DNA of 64,000 nt from Actinomycetes bacterium (lineage in GTDB: Bacteria; Actinomycetota; Actinomycetes; Prado026). The stretch lies in assembly GCA_038210415.1 (NCBI GenBank), contig JBBQWS010000006.1, forward strand, positions 28,650-92,649, written 5' to 3'. Of the stretch, positions 1 through 10,441 are shown piece after piece (position 1 is the stretch's first letter; the number at the start of each line of letters is the position of its first letter). The notes below the pieces were generated by a model. The model was not told the DNA's origin. It was given only the letters and a program-made list of their open reading frames with translations, and made no database searches. The translations under genes were made by a program, and so were the position numbers.

Positions 1-51
1 GTTGTACGCCGCCAGCCTCTCGTCCCAGACGAAGGTCACGCGCTCGCTCAT
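1..51 (-). CDS. Partial CDS (N-terminal 17 codons only, MSERVTFVWDERLAAYN), gene runs off the window start. Function not determinable; faint resemblance to the AcuC/histone-deacetylase-family N-terminus.
   Basis: ATG at 51..49 on the minus strand; a GGAGGTG Shine-Dalgarno about 15 nt upstream; reading frame open to the window edge. Confidence 0.3.
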   Translation of the reverse strand, partial: MSERVTFVWDERLAAYN

Positions 52-66
52 ACCTCGAACCTACTC

Positions 67-247
67 ACCTCCGCCCACCCCAAGGGCTCCCTCATGCCAA
101 TAGGTCGCGCTATCGCGTCACTCACCCAGCCGGAATGGGGGGTGGGTTGATGGGCCCGCCGGACCGAGGGTCCGAGCCGCGGCGCGCGAGAGGGGAAGCA
201 GAGCTCCACCTATTGGCGTGAGGGGACCCTTGTGGCGGAAAGGGGGG
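67..247. repeat. Copy A of a composite palindromic intergenic element: imperfect ~40-bp inverted arms (..CCAAGGGCTCCCTCATGCCAATAGG.. / ..CCTATTGGCGTGAGGGGACCCTTGTGGCGGAAAGGGGGG) flanking a ~95-nt core.
   Basis: Read directly. The right arm ends 1 nt before the TAA stop of the permease gene (248..250). The left arm ends ~16 nt from the start codon of the partial gene at 51. The arms and core are homologous to the element at 7652..7850. Confidence 0.7.
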
Positions 248-1435
248 TTACTCGGTGCGGAGGGCGACGACGGGGTCGAGCTTGCCGGCCCGTCGGGCCG
301 GGAACACCCCGAAGAACACGCCTACCGCGACCGAGACGCCGAAGGCGAGCGCGATCGACCACCAGGCGACCTGCACCGGTAGGTCCGGCACGAGGGCGTG
401 GCCCAGCAGCGAGGCGCCCGCGCCGAGGCCGATGCCGACCACGCCGCCGATCGTGGTCAGCAGCACCGCCTCGATGAGGAACTGCGCCAGGATGTCGCGC
501 TGCCGGGCGCCCAGAGCTTTGCGCAGCCCGATCTCCCGCGTCCTCTCGCGGACCGACACGAGCATGATGTTGGAGACGCCGACCCCGCCGACGAACAGCG
601 AGATCCCGGCGATCGCCGCCAGCACCAAGGTGAGCAGCCCGAGGATGGTGCCGACCGCCCCCAGGATCTGGGTCTGCGTCACGGCGGAGAACTTCTCGCC
701 CGGGTACTTCGACCGCAGCCCGTCGAGCAGCGAGCTCTGCAGGGCGGGGATCGCGTCGATCGTGGGCGCGCGCACGGCGAGCGCGTCGATCCGGGTGACG
801 CCGTAGAGCCGCTGGGCCGCCGTGATCGGGATGTGGATCTCGGTGTCACGGTTGATCCCGAACGCCGAGCCCACCTGCGTGAACACCCCGATGACCCGGA
901 ACCGGACGCCCCGGATCGAGACCTGGCGACCGAGCGGCTCGACCTCTCCGAAGAGTGCGCGCGCCGTCTCGGGACCCAGCACCACGACCCGGCGCCGGGT
1001 GTCGACGTCGACCTTGCTGATGTAGCGTCCGCGCGCGACCGGCCGGTCGAAGACGATGGGGACGTTCTCGTTGGTGCCGTTCACGGTGACGTACGTGACC
1101 TTGGAGCCGACCCGGACCTCGGACGACGACGTGGTCGTCGCCGCGACGAGGGTGCGGTCGCCGACGATCCGACCCAGCAGGTCGACGTCCTCCAGGCTGA
1201 GCTGGCTGATCGCAGGCGCGGCACCGAACGAGCCCGAACCGGGGAAGACCAGAATCAGGTTGGAGCCGAGGCCCTCGACCTGCGCCTCGACCTCGGCCTT
1301 CGCGCCGCTGCCGATCGCCACCAGCATGACCACCGCGGCCACGCCGATGATCACCCCGAGCATGGTCAGCGCGGACCGGAGCCGGTTGGCCCGCAACGCG
1401 TCGACGGCGGCACCGAACGCCTCGCCGAACCTCAT
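248..1435 (-). CDS. MacB-like ABC transporter permease (N-terminal TM, periplasmic core domain, C-terminal FtsX-type 3-TM domain)
   Basis: 395-aa ORF. The N-terminus MRFGEAFGAAVDALRANRLRSALTMLGVIIGVAAVV is typical of the MacB/FtsX family, and the C-terminal region is FtsX-like. Last gene of a 4-gene minus-strand operon. Confidence 0.85.
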   Translation of the reverse strand: MRFGEAFGAAVDALRANRLRSALTMLGVIIGVAAVVMLVAIGSGAKAEVEAQVEGLGSNLILVFPGSGSFGAAPAISQLSLEDVDLLGRIVGDRTLVAATTTSSSEVRVGSKVTYVTVNGTNENVPIVFDRPVARGRYISKVDVDTRRRVVVLGPETARALFGEVEPLGRQVSIRGVRFRVIGVFTQVGSAFGINRDTEIHIPITAAQRLYGVTRIDALAVRAPTIDAIPALQSSLLDGLRSKYPGEKFSAVTQTQILGAVGTILGLLTLVLAAIAGISLFVGGVGVSNIMLVSVRERTREIGLRKALGARQRDILAQFLIEAVLLTTIGGVVGIGLGAGASLLGHALVPDLPVQVAWWSIALAFGVSVAVGVFFGVFPARRAGKLDPVVALRTE

Positions 1436-1473
1436 GGGACGAACCTCATGGGTCGAACCTCATGGGACGAACC

Positions 1474-1482
<9 letters not shown>
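1427..1482. repeat. Tandem repeat: 14-bp unit GAACCTCATGGG[A/T]C x4 (minus-strand reading GTCCCATGAGGTTC) spanning the ABC ATPase stop and the permease start.
   Basis: Units at 1427-1440, 1441-1454, 1455-1468 and 1469-1482. Each unit carries CCCATGAGG, so on the minus strand each supplies an ATG overlapping a TGA. This gives three 5-codon mini-ORFs (MRFVP*, MRFDP*, MRFVP*) before the real MRFGEAFG start at 1435. Confidence 0.9.
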
Positions 1483-2162
<680 letters not shown>

Positions 2163-2166
<4 letters not shown>

Positions 2167-3530
2167 TTCGTACCGACCTGCATCCCCTCGGTGACCTTGT
2201 CGGCGCCCTTGACCACCACGGTGTCCTGCGTGGTCAAGCCGGACGCGACCTGGATCAGCGCGTCGCCCTGCGCACCCAGCTCGACGTCACGGCGCCGGGC
2301 CACCCCGCCTTCGACGACCCACACGGCGTCGCGCTTGCCGTCGCGGAACACCGCCGCCGCCGGCACCGAGACGGCATCCTTGGCGGTCAGCACCTTGAGC
2401 GAGACGACCGCGGACATACCCGGTCGGGGTACGGGGGCGCGCTCTCCGGTGCTGGTGACGCCCGGGTCGAGCGAGAGCCGCACGACGTAGGAGACGCCAC
2501 CTCTGCTGGACGTCGTCGGCGCCAGGTCGACCGAGGTGACGATGCCGGTGTACGTGACCCCGGGGACAGCGTCGAAGTCGACATCGGCTGCGACACCTGG
2601 CCGCACGGTGAGGATGTCGGTCTCGTCGACGGAGACAGCAAGGGTCAGCGCCGACACGTCGGTGACGGTGAGCAGGCTGGTACCGGCCGACACCGGGGTG
2701 CCGACCTCCAGGACGCCGACCACCGACGCGTTCGAGCCGGCGCCGGCACCACCGAGCAGCGACTGCGCTGCTCCCTGCACGGAGGCCGGCAGCTGCGAGA
2801 GCAAAGACGATGTGCTGTTCGGCGAGCTGCCGCCGGAGACTCCACCAAGGACCACCGTGCCGGCGATCGGTGCCTTGACCACGAGCGCGTCGACGGTCGC
2901 CTGTGCCGCTGCGAGGGCAGCTCGGGTCTGCGCCCGTTGCGCGTCGGCCAGCGACTGCGCCGCCCGGTTGATGCCGGCCAGGCCCGAGTTGGCCTGGGCG
3001 AGCGCCTGCCGGGCGGCGGCCTGCGCCGAGGCGTACTGCCCTTCGGCTGTCGCGATCTGGGTGAGTGCCTGGGCCTTGAGACCGGCATCGGGGATGGCGG
3101 CAGCGGCCGTCCTCGCCGCGTCGAACGCCCGTTTGGCCGTCACGTCCGCCTGGTCGAGCGCGCCGCCGCTGACGGACCCGACGGAGACCGACCCAGTGTT
3201 CGAAGCCCTGGCGTCGGCCTGCTTCGCGGAAACGAGGGCGGCTTGGGCCGAAGGGCTGGCGATGCGCAGGAGCAGGGCGCCGGCCTTGACCTTGACACCG
3301 TCCTTCACCAGGACCGCCGCGACCGCTCCCGCGGTCGGCGAGGTCACCGTGGCGGTCGCCCGGGCGACGACGCTGCCCGGCGCCTGCACGACCTCCGTCA
3401 CGGTGCCGAGGGCGACCCGGGCGGTACGGATGTCGGGCGCGGGGGTGTTGCTGCAAGCAGCCAGCACGAGAACTGCGGTCGCTGACGAGGCGATCACGAG
3501 AAGGGAGCGTCGGGGAAGAGTGGGCTGCAC
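2163..3530 (-). CDS. HlyD-family periplasmic adaptor / membrane fusion lipoprotein (MacA-like)
   Basis: The real gene is the C-terminal 455 aa of the 709-aa ORF. The GTG start shares 1 nt with the TAG stop of the upstream membrane-protein gene. The N-terminus MQPTLPRRSLLVIASSATAVLVLAAC has signal-peptide and lipobox (LAAC) character. Long Ala/Gln-rich coiled-coil, then a beta-barrel C-terminus typical of HlyD/MFP proteins. Confidence 0.8.
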
Positions 3531-4327
3531 TACCTCATCGTAGGTTTCGCGGACCGGTCCGGCAGACCGGGGCCGACCCCGCCGGTCGCCTGCCAGGAGA
3601 GTCCGGCCCCAAGGAGTGCCACGAGCAGCGCCCCGACGAACGCACCGTGGTCGGTCTCGAGGACCAGCCCGGCCATCGGCACTGCGACCAGCTGAAGCAC
3701 CACACTGGCCGCGACCGCTCCGCAGCACGCAACAGCCGCCACCGGGGCCAGCCGGCTGGCCAGGACCAGACCAAGACCCCAGGGCAACGAGTACAGCAAG
3801 GCGAACGCACCCAGGGACGTGAAATCGGTCAGCTGCGGGTCGCCGCCCGCGATCACCCACGGCAGCGAAACCGCGACCACCACGCCGATCAGGGCGACGA
3901 CCCCCTCGGCCCAGGTCCACCCAGTCACGTCGACGACCCCCGACCGCACGAGCTCGCGCAGACAGATCGACGTGGCTGTCAGCCCGGCTGCTGCCAGCAG
4001 GGCCGCGAGGGACCGGAGAAAGACCAGGCCCTCGCCTCCGCCCGCCATGCCGGTCAACGGCTCCCAGTGCTTCACCGCCACGACGCCGAGCCCGGTGAGC
4101 TGCAGGGCGACGACGACGCCGCCTGCGAGCGCACCCGCGCGCAGCTGGCCGGCCGGGCGGGCCGCCATCACGAGCCCGACGCCCAGCAGCGCAGCGGCGA
4201 GCAACAAGCTGGTCCAGGGGTAGAGCCGAGGTGCGTCGTCCAGGACCACGGCATTGGGGATCGCGACGACGGCGAGCGCAGCGACCCCGCACCAGCCAAG
4301 CGCGAGCCCCGCGCGCGACCGGGTCAT
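3530..4327 (-). CDS. Polytopic integral membrane protein, function unknown; first gene of the efflux operon
   Basis: Start chosen at MTRSRAGLALGWCGVAALAVV, internal to the 345-aa ORF. About 8 hydrophobic segments; no recognisable motif. Confidence 0.5.
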   Translation of the reverse strand: MTRSRAGLALGWCGVAALAVVAIPNAVVLDDAPRLYPWTSLLLAAALLGVGLVMAARPAGQLRAGALAGGVVVALQLTGLGVVAVKHWEPLTGMAGGGEGLVFLRSLAALLAAAGLTATSICLRELVRSGVVDVTGWTWAEGVVALIGVVVAVSLPWVIAGGDPQLTDFTSLGAFALLYSLPWGLGLVLASRLAPVAAVACCGAVAASVVLQLVAVPMAGLVLETDHGAFVGALLVALLGAGLSWQATGGVGPGLPDRSAKPTMR

Positions 4328-4358
4328 CGTCACCGAGTCCGTCGTCACGGCCGGCCCG

Positions 4359-5165
4359 TCAGGCCTGACCGGAGGCGAGCTCACGAGACCGGTCGCGCGC
4401 TGCTTGCATCGCGGACAGGAACGCGGCCCGCACCTTGTGGTCCTCGAGCTCGCGCACTGCCGCCGCGGTGGTGCCGGCCGGCGACGTGACGTTCTCACGG
4501 AGCACCGTCGGATGCTCCCCTGTCTCGCGCAGCATCTTTCCCGCGCCGACGAGCGTCTGGACGACAAGCTCGTTCGCTGTCGCGCGGGGCAGCCCGAGGT
4601 GCACGCCCGCCTCGATCATCGACTCGACGACGAAGAAGATGTACGCGGGGCCAGACCCGCTGATCGCCGTGACGGCATCCTGCTGCTTCTCGGGCACCCG
4701 GATCACCTTGCCCACAGCAGCGAGCAGCGCCTCGGCCTCCGCCAGGTGCGCCTCGTCGCAGTGCGAGCCGGCCGAGATCGCCGCCATGCCCTCGTCGACC
4801 AGGGCGGGGGTGTTCGGCATGACCCGCACGACCGGTGTTCCCGTGGCCAGCCTCGCCTCGACGAATGAGGTCGTGATGCCGGCCGCGAGCGACACGACCA
4901 GCGCGCCCGGCCGGACGTGGGGGGCGATCTCGTCGAGCACCCCGCCCATGTCCTGTGGCTTCACGACCAGGACGATGGTGTCGGCCTTCGCGGCCGCCTC
5001 GACGTTGCCGAGCACCTCGACGCCGTACCGCTCGTTCAGCTCGATGGCGCGCTCCGGGCGCCGCTCGGCGACGACCAGCTCGTGCACCCGCCGGCCGGAG
5101 CGCAGCAGCCCGGACAGCAGCGCCTCACCCATCACGCCAGCGCCGACGACAGCAACCAGTGCCAC
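4359..5165 (-). CDS. proC: Pyrroline-5-carboxylate reductase
   Basis: N-terminal Rossmann motif VAVVGAGVMGEALLSGL. The MPNTPALV, SGSGPAY and C-terminal SPAGTT motifs are all characteristic of ProC. Confidence 0.9.
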   Translation of the reverse strand: MALVAVVGAGVMGEALLSGLLRSGRRVHELVVAERRPERAIELNERYGVEVLGNVEAAAKADTIVLVVKPQDMGGVLDEIAPHVRPGALVVSLAAGITTSFVEARLATGTPVVRVMPNTPALVDEGMAAISAGSHCDEAHLAEAEALLAAVGKVIRVPEKQQDAVTAISGSGPAYIFFVVESMIEAGVHLGLPRATANELVVQTLVGAGKMLRETGEHPTVLRENVTSPAGTTAAAVRELEDHKVRAAFLSAMQAARDRSRELASGQA

Positions 5166-5168
5166 GGC

Positions 5169-6098
5169 TCAGCCCTTCGAGGTGAGAGCGCGCAGGAACA
5201 GACTCAGGTTGGCTGGCTTCTCGGCCATCCGCCGCACCATGTAGCCGTACCACTCGTCGCCGTACGGGACGTAGACCCGCATCTTCTCGCCCTGAGCGGC
5301 CAACCGCTTCTGCTCCTCGGGTCGCACGCCGTACAACATCTGGAACTCGTACGAGCCCTTGGCCCGGTCGTGCCGCACCGCAAGCGCACCGGCGATCTCG
5401 ACGAGGACCGGGTCGTGCGAGGCCACCATCGGGTACCCGGCGCCGGCCATCAGCACCTTGAGGCAACGGACGTACGACCTGTCGACGTCGCCGTTGTCCT
5501 GGAACGCGACGGACTCAGGTTCCTTGTACGCCCCCTTGCAGAGCCTGACCCGGGAGCCCGCGTGCGCGAGGTCGCGGCAGTCGGCCTCGGTGCGGAACAG
5601 GTAGGCCTGCAGCACGGCCCCGGTCGACGGGAAGTCCTTGCGCAGCTCGGAGAGGATGCCGAAGGTCGAGTCGGTCGTGGTGTGGTCCTCCATGTCGAGG
5701 GTCACCGTGGTGCCGACCTGAGCCGCCTTCTCGCAGATGGCGTGCGCATTCTCGAGCGCGATCTTCTCCCCGTCGCCCGGCAGCGCCTGCCCGACGGCGG
5801 ACAGCTTGACGCTCACCTCGGCGCCGCTGGTCAGCCGCGCCTCGCCGAGCAGACCCAGCAGCTCGACGTACGCGTCGCGCGTCGCCTCCGCCTGAGCGAG
5901 ATCGAGGGTGTCCTCGCCGAGGTGGTCGACCGTGACCAGTCGCCCGCTGCCGACCAGCTCGTGGGTCACCCGCACCACGTCGGCTGAGGTCTCGCCCGCC
6001 ACGAAGCGGGTCACGACGTTGCGTGAGACCGGCGCGCCGGCGACCAAGGCCTTGATCCGGTCGCTGCGCGAGATCGACAGCAGTGCTTGGCGAATCAC
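5169..6098 (-). CDS. Proline dehydrogenase (monofunctional PutA-like PRODH domain)
   Basis: 309 aa, TIM-barrel PRODH family by overall pattern (..VSVKLSAVGQ.., ..GAYKEPE.., ..YEFQMLYGV..). Adjacent to proC. Confidence 0.8.
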   Translation of the reverse strand: MIRQALLSISRSDRIKALVAGAPVSRNVVTRFVAGETSADVVRVTHELVGSGRLVTVDHLGEDTLDLAQAEATRDAYVELLGLLGEARLTSGAEVSVKLSAVGQALPGDGEKIALENAHAICEKAAQVGTTVTLDMEDHTTTDSTFGILSELRKDFPSTGAVLQAYLFRTEADCRDLAHAGSRVRLCKGAYKEPESVAFQDNGDVDRSYVRCLKVLMAGAGYPMVASHDPVLVEIAGALAVRHDRAKGSYEFQMLYGVRPEEQKRLAAQGEKMRVYVPYGDEWYGYMVRRMAEKPANLSLFLRALTSKG

Positions 6099-6131
6099 CT
6101 GGGACCTCCTCGGCGGGCAGCTGCCCCCAGG

Positions 6132-6869
6132 CTACGGCGTCCGTCGTCGCAGCGTTGCCGCACCCGACACAAGCGCAGCGCCGATGAAGCCAACGACCAA
6201 GGCGATGTCCCGCCAGAACGTGCCGTCGACCTCCGGGTAGGCGATCAGCTGCTTCATCGCGTCGACGGCGTACGACATCGGCAGCACGTTGGAGATCAGC
6301 TCGAGCGGTCTGGGCAGCATCTCCCTGGAGCCGAAGAGCCCGCACAGCATCAGCTGCGGGATGAGCAGTGCGGGCATGAACTGCACCGCCTGGAACTCGC
6401 TGTTGGCGAAGGCGCTCACCAGGAGCCCGAGCGTGCTGCCGAGCACCGCCACCAGAACCGCCACCAGGACCACGGCCCACACCGGGCCGGTCACCGTCAG
6501 CCCCAGCAGCCCGAAGGCGACCGCGCTCACGAACAGGGCCTGCACGGTCGCGGCCAGCGCGAATGCGATGCCGTACCCGAGCAGGAAGTCGACCTTGCTG
6601 ATCGGCAGGGCCAGCAGCCGTTCGAGGGTGCCTCCGGACCGTTCCCGCAGGGTCGCCACGCTCGTGAGCAGGAACATGATGATGAGCGGGAAGATGCCCA
6701 GCAGCGTGGCCCCCCACCGGTCGAACACGCCCGGAGTCTGGCTGAACATCCAGGCCAGCAGCGACATGATGACCGTCGGTGCGAGCAGGAGCAGCGCCAC
6801 CGTACGGTGGTCGTGACGGAGCTGCTGGAGCACGCGCAGAGTCGTGGCGAGCAGGATCCGCGGGGTCAT
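6132..6869 (-). CDS. ABC-2 type transporter permease
   Basis: Six hydrophobic segments; ABC-2 family pattern. The ATG shares 1 nt with the TGA of the upstream ATPase (TGATG). Confidence 0.8.
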   Translation of the reverse strand: MTPRILLATTLRVLQQLRHDHRTVALLLLAPTVIMSLLAWMFSQTPGVFDRWGATLLGIFPLIIMFLLTSVATLRERSGGTLERLLALPISKVDFLLGYGIAFALAATVQALFVSAVAFGLLGLTVTGPVWAVVLVAVLVAVLGSTLGLLVSAFANSEFQAVQFMPALLIPQLMLCGLFGSREMLPRPLELISNVLPMSYAVDAMKQLIAYPEVDGTFWRDIALVVGFIGAALVSGAATLRRRTP

Positions 6870-7615
6870 CACGCACCACCCTCGGCGGCCGCACCGTCGA
6901 CGATCGCGAGGAAGGCGGCCTCGACATCGGTCGTGCCGGTGGCCGTTAGCAGGCCGGCCTCGGTGTCGTCCGCCACCAGGTCGCCGTCGCGCACCAGCAG
7001 CAGCCGGTCGCACCGCGTCGCCTCGTCCATGACGTGCGACGAGACGAGCAGCGTGGTCCCGTGGTCGGCCAGCCGGTGGAACAGGTCCCAGAGGTCGCGA
7101 CGCAGCACCGGGTCGAGCCCCACCGTCGGCTCGTCCAGCACGAGCATTCTGGGCGACCCCAGCAGCGCCGTCGCGAGCGAGACCCGGCTGCGCTGGCCGC
7201 CGGACAGCGCGTCGACCCGGCGGTCGGCAATCGGGGTGAGGTCGACCTCGTCGAGCACCCGGGCGATGTCCGAACGGGGAGCGTCGACCACGGTGGCGAA
7301 GTAGGCGAGGTTCTCGCGGATGGTGAGGTCGTTGTAGACGGCCGGCGCCTGGGTGACGTAGCCGATGGTCTTGCGCAGCTCAGGGTCCCCGGCGGGGCGG
7401 CCGAGCACCGTACAGGTGCCGGTCACCTTGGCTTGGACCCCGACCAGCGCGCGCATCAGGGTGGACTTCCCGCCACCGCTCGGCCCCAGCAACCCGGTCA
7501 CCGTGCCGCCGAGCACCTCGAAGGTGAGACCGTGCAGCACCTCGTTGCCACCGCGGACGACCCGCAGGTCGCTCACGCTGATCGCAGCGGCATCGCGGTT
7601 GTCGTCAGGATTCAT
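6869..7615 (-). CDS. ABC transporter ATP-binding protein (DrrA/ABC-2 exporter type)
   Basis: Walker A GPSGGGKST, signature LSGGQRSRVSLA, Walker B LVLDEPTVGLD. Start taken at ATG 7615 (MNPDDN..), which has a GAAGGTGA Shine-Dalgarno upstream; an alternative GTG start lies at 7630. Confidence 0.85.
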   Translation of the reverse strand: MNPDDNRDAAAISVSDLRVVRGGNEVLHGLTFEVLGGTVTGLLGPSGGGKSTLMRALVGVQAKVTGTCTVLGRPAGDPELRKTIGYVTQAPAVYNDLTIRENLAYFATVVDAPRSDIARVLDEVDLTPIADRRVDALSGGQRSRVSLATALLGSPRMLVLDEPTVGLDPVLRRDLWDLFHRLADHGTTLLVSSHVMDEATRCDRLLLVRDGDLVADDTEAGLLTATGTTDVEAAFLAIVDGAAAEGGA

Positions 7616-7651
7616 GCTCAGGGTGATCACCTTCGCCTACGGTCTGCTGGC

Positions 7652-7850
7652 TCCCCACCGTAGGCCAGCCCCTCCCCCACCCCTCCTTCCGCCACAAGGG
7701 TCCCCTCATGCCACTACGTCGAGTCATCTGTCCCTTCACAGCTGATGGCCGCTCGGACAGCGCGCGCCGAGGGGGTGGCGAGAGCGCGGCCTAGTGGCAT
7801 GAGGGGACCCTTGTGGCGGAAGGGGGTGGGGTCAGTGGGGGTGGGCGGCG
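7652..7850. repeat. Copy B of the composite palindromic element: 30-bp perfect inverted arms TTCCGCCACAAGGGTCCCCTCATGCCACTA (about 50 bp with imperfect GC-rich extensions) around a 74-nt core.
   Basis: Read directly: the left arm (7652..7716) and the right arm (7791..7850) are reverse complements. The right arm overlaps the last codons and the stop of the isomerase gene (..AAAHPH*). The core shares the motif TGATGG(G)CC.GC.CGGAC.G.G and a GCGCGCG..GAGGGG tract with copy A. Confidence 0.8.
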
Positions 7851-8644
7851 GCGAGGTTCAGCCGCGCGAAGGCCAGGGCCTCGGCGAGGTCGGCCTCGCG
7901 TTCGGCCCGGTTCGCCGCCCGCCGGGTCGACACCTCGAGGACCACCGTGCCGGCGAACCCGGCGCGGGCGAGCCGCTCGAGCACCTCGGCGCACGGCTGA
8001 CCCCCGCGTCCGGGCACGAGGTGCTCGTCGCGGCCGGATCCCGAGCCGTCGGCCAGGTGCAGGTGCGCGAGCCGCGACCCCAGCGCCCCTACCATCGCCA
8101 CCGCGTCCGAACCCGACACCGCCGTGTGCGACAGGTCGAGAGTGACGTGCTCGTAGTCCTCGTGGGTGGGGTCCCAGGCGGGGGCGTACGCCTCGGCCTC
8201 GCGCTTGCCCGCCCGCCACGGGTACATGTTCTCGACGGCGAACACGACGTCGGTCTCCGTGCCCATCCGAGCCACGCCCTGGACGAAGCCACGGGCGTAC
8301 TCGCGTTGCCACCGGAACGGCGGGTGCACGACGACGGTCGAAGCCCCCAGGGTCTCCGCCGCCTCACGCGACCGCTGCAGCTTGGGCCACGGCTCGCTGC
8401 CCCACACGCGCTGCGTGACGAGCAGGCACGGCGCGTGGATCGCGAGGACAGGGACGCCGTAGTGGTCGCTCAGCCGACGAACCGCGTCGATCTCCTGGCT
8501 GACCGGGTCGGTGAACACCATGAGCTCGACGCCGTCGTAGCCCAACCGGGCCGCCAGCTCGAACGCCACGGCGGTCGACTCCGGATAGACGGACGTCGTG
8601 GACAGCGCGATCCGCGCTAGCGGTACATCGACGGCGTCGGCCAT
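7832..8644 (-). CDS. Sugar phosphate isomerase/epimerase (xylose-isomerase-like TIM barrel) family protein
   Basis: 270 aa; ..GYDGVEL.., ..VLEVSTR.. patterns typical of the AP-endonuclease-2/xylose-isomerase-like TIM-barrel family. Confidence 0.7.
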   Translation of the reverse strand: MADAVDVPLARIALSTTSVYPESTAVAFELAARLGYDGVELMVFTDPVSQEIDAVRRLSDHYGVPVLAIHAPCLLVTQRVWGSEPWPKLQRSREAAETLGASTVVVHPPFRWQREYARGFVQGVARMGTETDVVFAVENMYPWRAGKREAEAYAPAWDPTHEDYEHVTLDLSHTAVSGSDAVAMVGALGSRLAHLHLADGSGSGRDEHLVPGRGGQPCAEVLERLARAGFAGTVVLEVSTRRAANRAEREADLAEALAFARLNLAAAHPH

Positions 8645-8680
8645 ACCGTCCAGGGTAGGCGTGGCCGGGGGACCCGGCTG

Positions 8681-9607
8681 CTAGGCCAGCTGGTCCAGCC
8701 TGCGCAGGATGACCCCTTCGCGCAGCGCCCAGGGGCAGATCTCGAGCTCCGGGATGCCGAGCAGGTCCATCGCCGCGTCGGCCACGAGGGCGCCCGCGAG
8801 AAGTTGGTGGGCCCGGCCGGCGGAGATACCGGGCAGGCCGGCGCGGTCGGCCGCGGTCATGGCGGCGATCTTCGGCAGCCACGTCAGGAGCTGGTCGTGC
8901 CGGAGCAGGCGCCGGACGTAAGGCCCGTCGGTCGAAGGAGCCGCGCCGGTGAGCCGGGCCAGCGAACGGAACGTCTTCGACGTGCCGACCACCCGGTCCG
9001 GCGCCCCCGCCCGGGTGACGCGGCCGACGTCGCGCGCGAAGACCGCACGGATGTGCTTGCGGGCGGCCCGAACGTCGGTGGCCGACGGTGGGTCTCCTGC
9101 CAGCAGGTCACGGGTGAGGCGGCCAGCGCCCAGCGGCATCGAGTTCGCAGCGTCGGGTTCCTCGTCGGAACCGGTGGCCACCTCGAGGGAGCCGCCGCCG
9201 ATGTCGAGGACCAGCACCCGGCCGGACGACCAGCCGTACCAGCGGCGGACGGCCAGGAAGGTCAGCCGCGCCTCGTCGGCACCGGACAGCACCTGCAGGT
9301 CCGCCCCGGCCTCGCGGCGGACCCGGGCGAGCACGGCGTCACCGTTCGGTGCGTCGCGGACGGCGGACGTCGCGAACGACAACATCTCCTCGACGCCTTT
9401 GTCCTCGGCCTGCCCGATCGCGTCGGCCACGAAGGCGACCAGCCGGTCGGCGCCCTCGTCCCGGATCCGGCCCTGGTCGTCGAGCAGCTCGGCCAGCCGG
9501 AGCTCGGTCTTGTAGGAGAAGGCGGGCACCGGTGCGGCTCCGGCATGGGCGTCGACGACGAGAAGGTGAACGGTGTTCGAACCGACGTCCAGAACTCCAA
9601 GTCGCAT
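8681..9607 (-). CDS. ppx: Ppx/GppA family exopolyphosphatase
   Basis: [19 protein letters not shown].. and ..[12 protein letters not shown].., an actin-like ATPase fold typical of Ppx/GppA. Only the C-terminal 308 aa of the 726-aa ORF are genic. Confidence 0.85.
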   Translation of the reverse strand: MRLGVLDVGSNTVHLLVVDAHAGAAPVPAFSYKTELRLAELLDDQGRIRDEGADRLVAFVADAIGQAEDKGVEEMLSFATSAVRDAPNGDAVLARVRREAGADLQVLSGADEARLTFLAVRRWYGWSSGRVLVLDIGGGSLEVATGSDEEPDAANSMPLGAGRLTRDLLAGDPPSATDVRAARKHIRAVFARDVGRVTRAGAPDRVVGTSKTFRSLARLTGAAPSTDGPYVRRLLRHDQLLTWLPKIAAMTAADRAGLPGISAGRAHQLLAGALVADAAMDLLGIPELEICPWALREGVILRRLDQLA

Positions 9608-9676
9608 GCGCGAACGGTACCCGCACCCGGTGAGGTCGTTGTCAGGAGTCCCGAGCCGTACGCCTAGGCTCTCGCC

Positions 9677-10441
9677 ATGCCCGAAGTAGACCTCGACTTC
9701 CCCCGCGCCTTCGTGGAGTTCCTCGACCCGGCGGACGCGCGCCAGCTGTTCCGCTGCGACCTCACCTGGCTGACCTCCAGCTGGAGCTGCATCTACGGGT
9801 CCGGCTGCAAGGGCATCGTCGCCGGACGGCCCGACGACGGCTGCTGCACCCACGGCGCCCATTTCTCCGACAAGAAGGACGAGAAGCGCGTCCGCGCCTA
9901 CGCCAAGCAGCTGACCAAGCAGACGTGGCAGCTGCACGGCACCAAGCAGCTCGTCGACGTCGACGAGGACGGCGCCCGCAAGACGGCGGTGGTCGACGGC
10001 GCCTGCGTCTTCCTGAACCGGCCCGGGTTCGCGGCCGGCGACGGGTGCGCCCTGCACGGGCTGGCGCTGCAGCTCGGCAGGCACCCGCTGGAGACCAAGC
10101 CGGACGTGTGCTGGCAGCTCCCTATCCGGCGTGGCTTCGAGCGGGTCACCCGCACCGACGGCTCCAAGGTCCTGGTCGTAACGATCGGCGAGTTCGACCG
10201 GCGGGGCTGGGGCGCAGGCGGCCACGACCTCCAGTGGTACTGCTCCGGGGCGACAGAGGCCCACGTGGGCAAGGAGCCGGTGTACGTCTCGAACGCACCT
10301 GAGCTCGTCGCGCTGATGGGTGAGCCGGCGTACGCAGAGCTGGCCCGCTTGTGCGAGCAACGGCTTGCGGGCATGCGTGGCAGAAGCAGGGGGAAGGCCG
10401 CGTCGATCGTGGCTCTGCACCCCGCCGATCCACAGGTCTAG
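9677..10441 (+). CDS. Conserved cysteine-rich hypothetical protein
   Basis: 254 aa, cysteine cluster [18 protein letters not shown]. Divergent from ppx. Confidence 0.5.
   Translation: MPEVDLDFPRAFVEFLDPADARQLFRCDLTWLTSSWSCIYGSGCKGIVAGRPDDGCCTHGAHFSDKKDEKRVRAYAKQLTKQTWQLHGTKQLVDVDEDGARKTAVVDGACVFLNRPGFAAGDGCALHGLALQLGRHPLETKPDVCWQLPIRRGFERVTRTDGSKVLVVTIGEFDRRGWGAGGHDLQWYCSGATEAHVGKEPVYVSNAPELVALMGEPAYAELARLCEQRLAGMRGRSRGKAASIVALHPADPQV

Noticed and set aside
108-206. 24-aa ORF (MGPPDRGSEPRRARGEAELHLLA) in the core of repeat copy A, and the analogous ATGGCCGCTCGG.. ORF in copy B
   Set aside because: The two copies do not conserve the peptide, only nucleotide motifs. An RNA or DNA-level function is more likely, and the ORF is not called.
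2287-3456. 389-aa minus-strand ORF and several others (3647..4489 +, 2536..3543 +, 2937..3485 +) overlapping the HlyD gene
   Set aside because: These are Arg/Gly/Pro-rich shadow ORFs, typical of the alternative frames of ~70% GC DNA. The HlyD frame has coherent domain structure; these have none.
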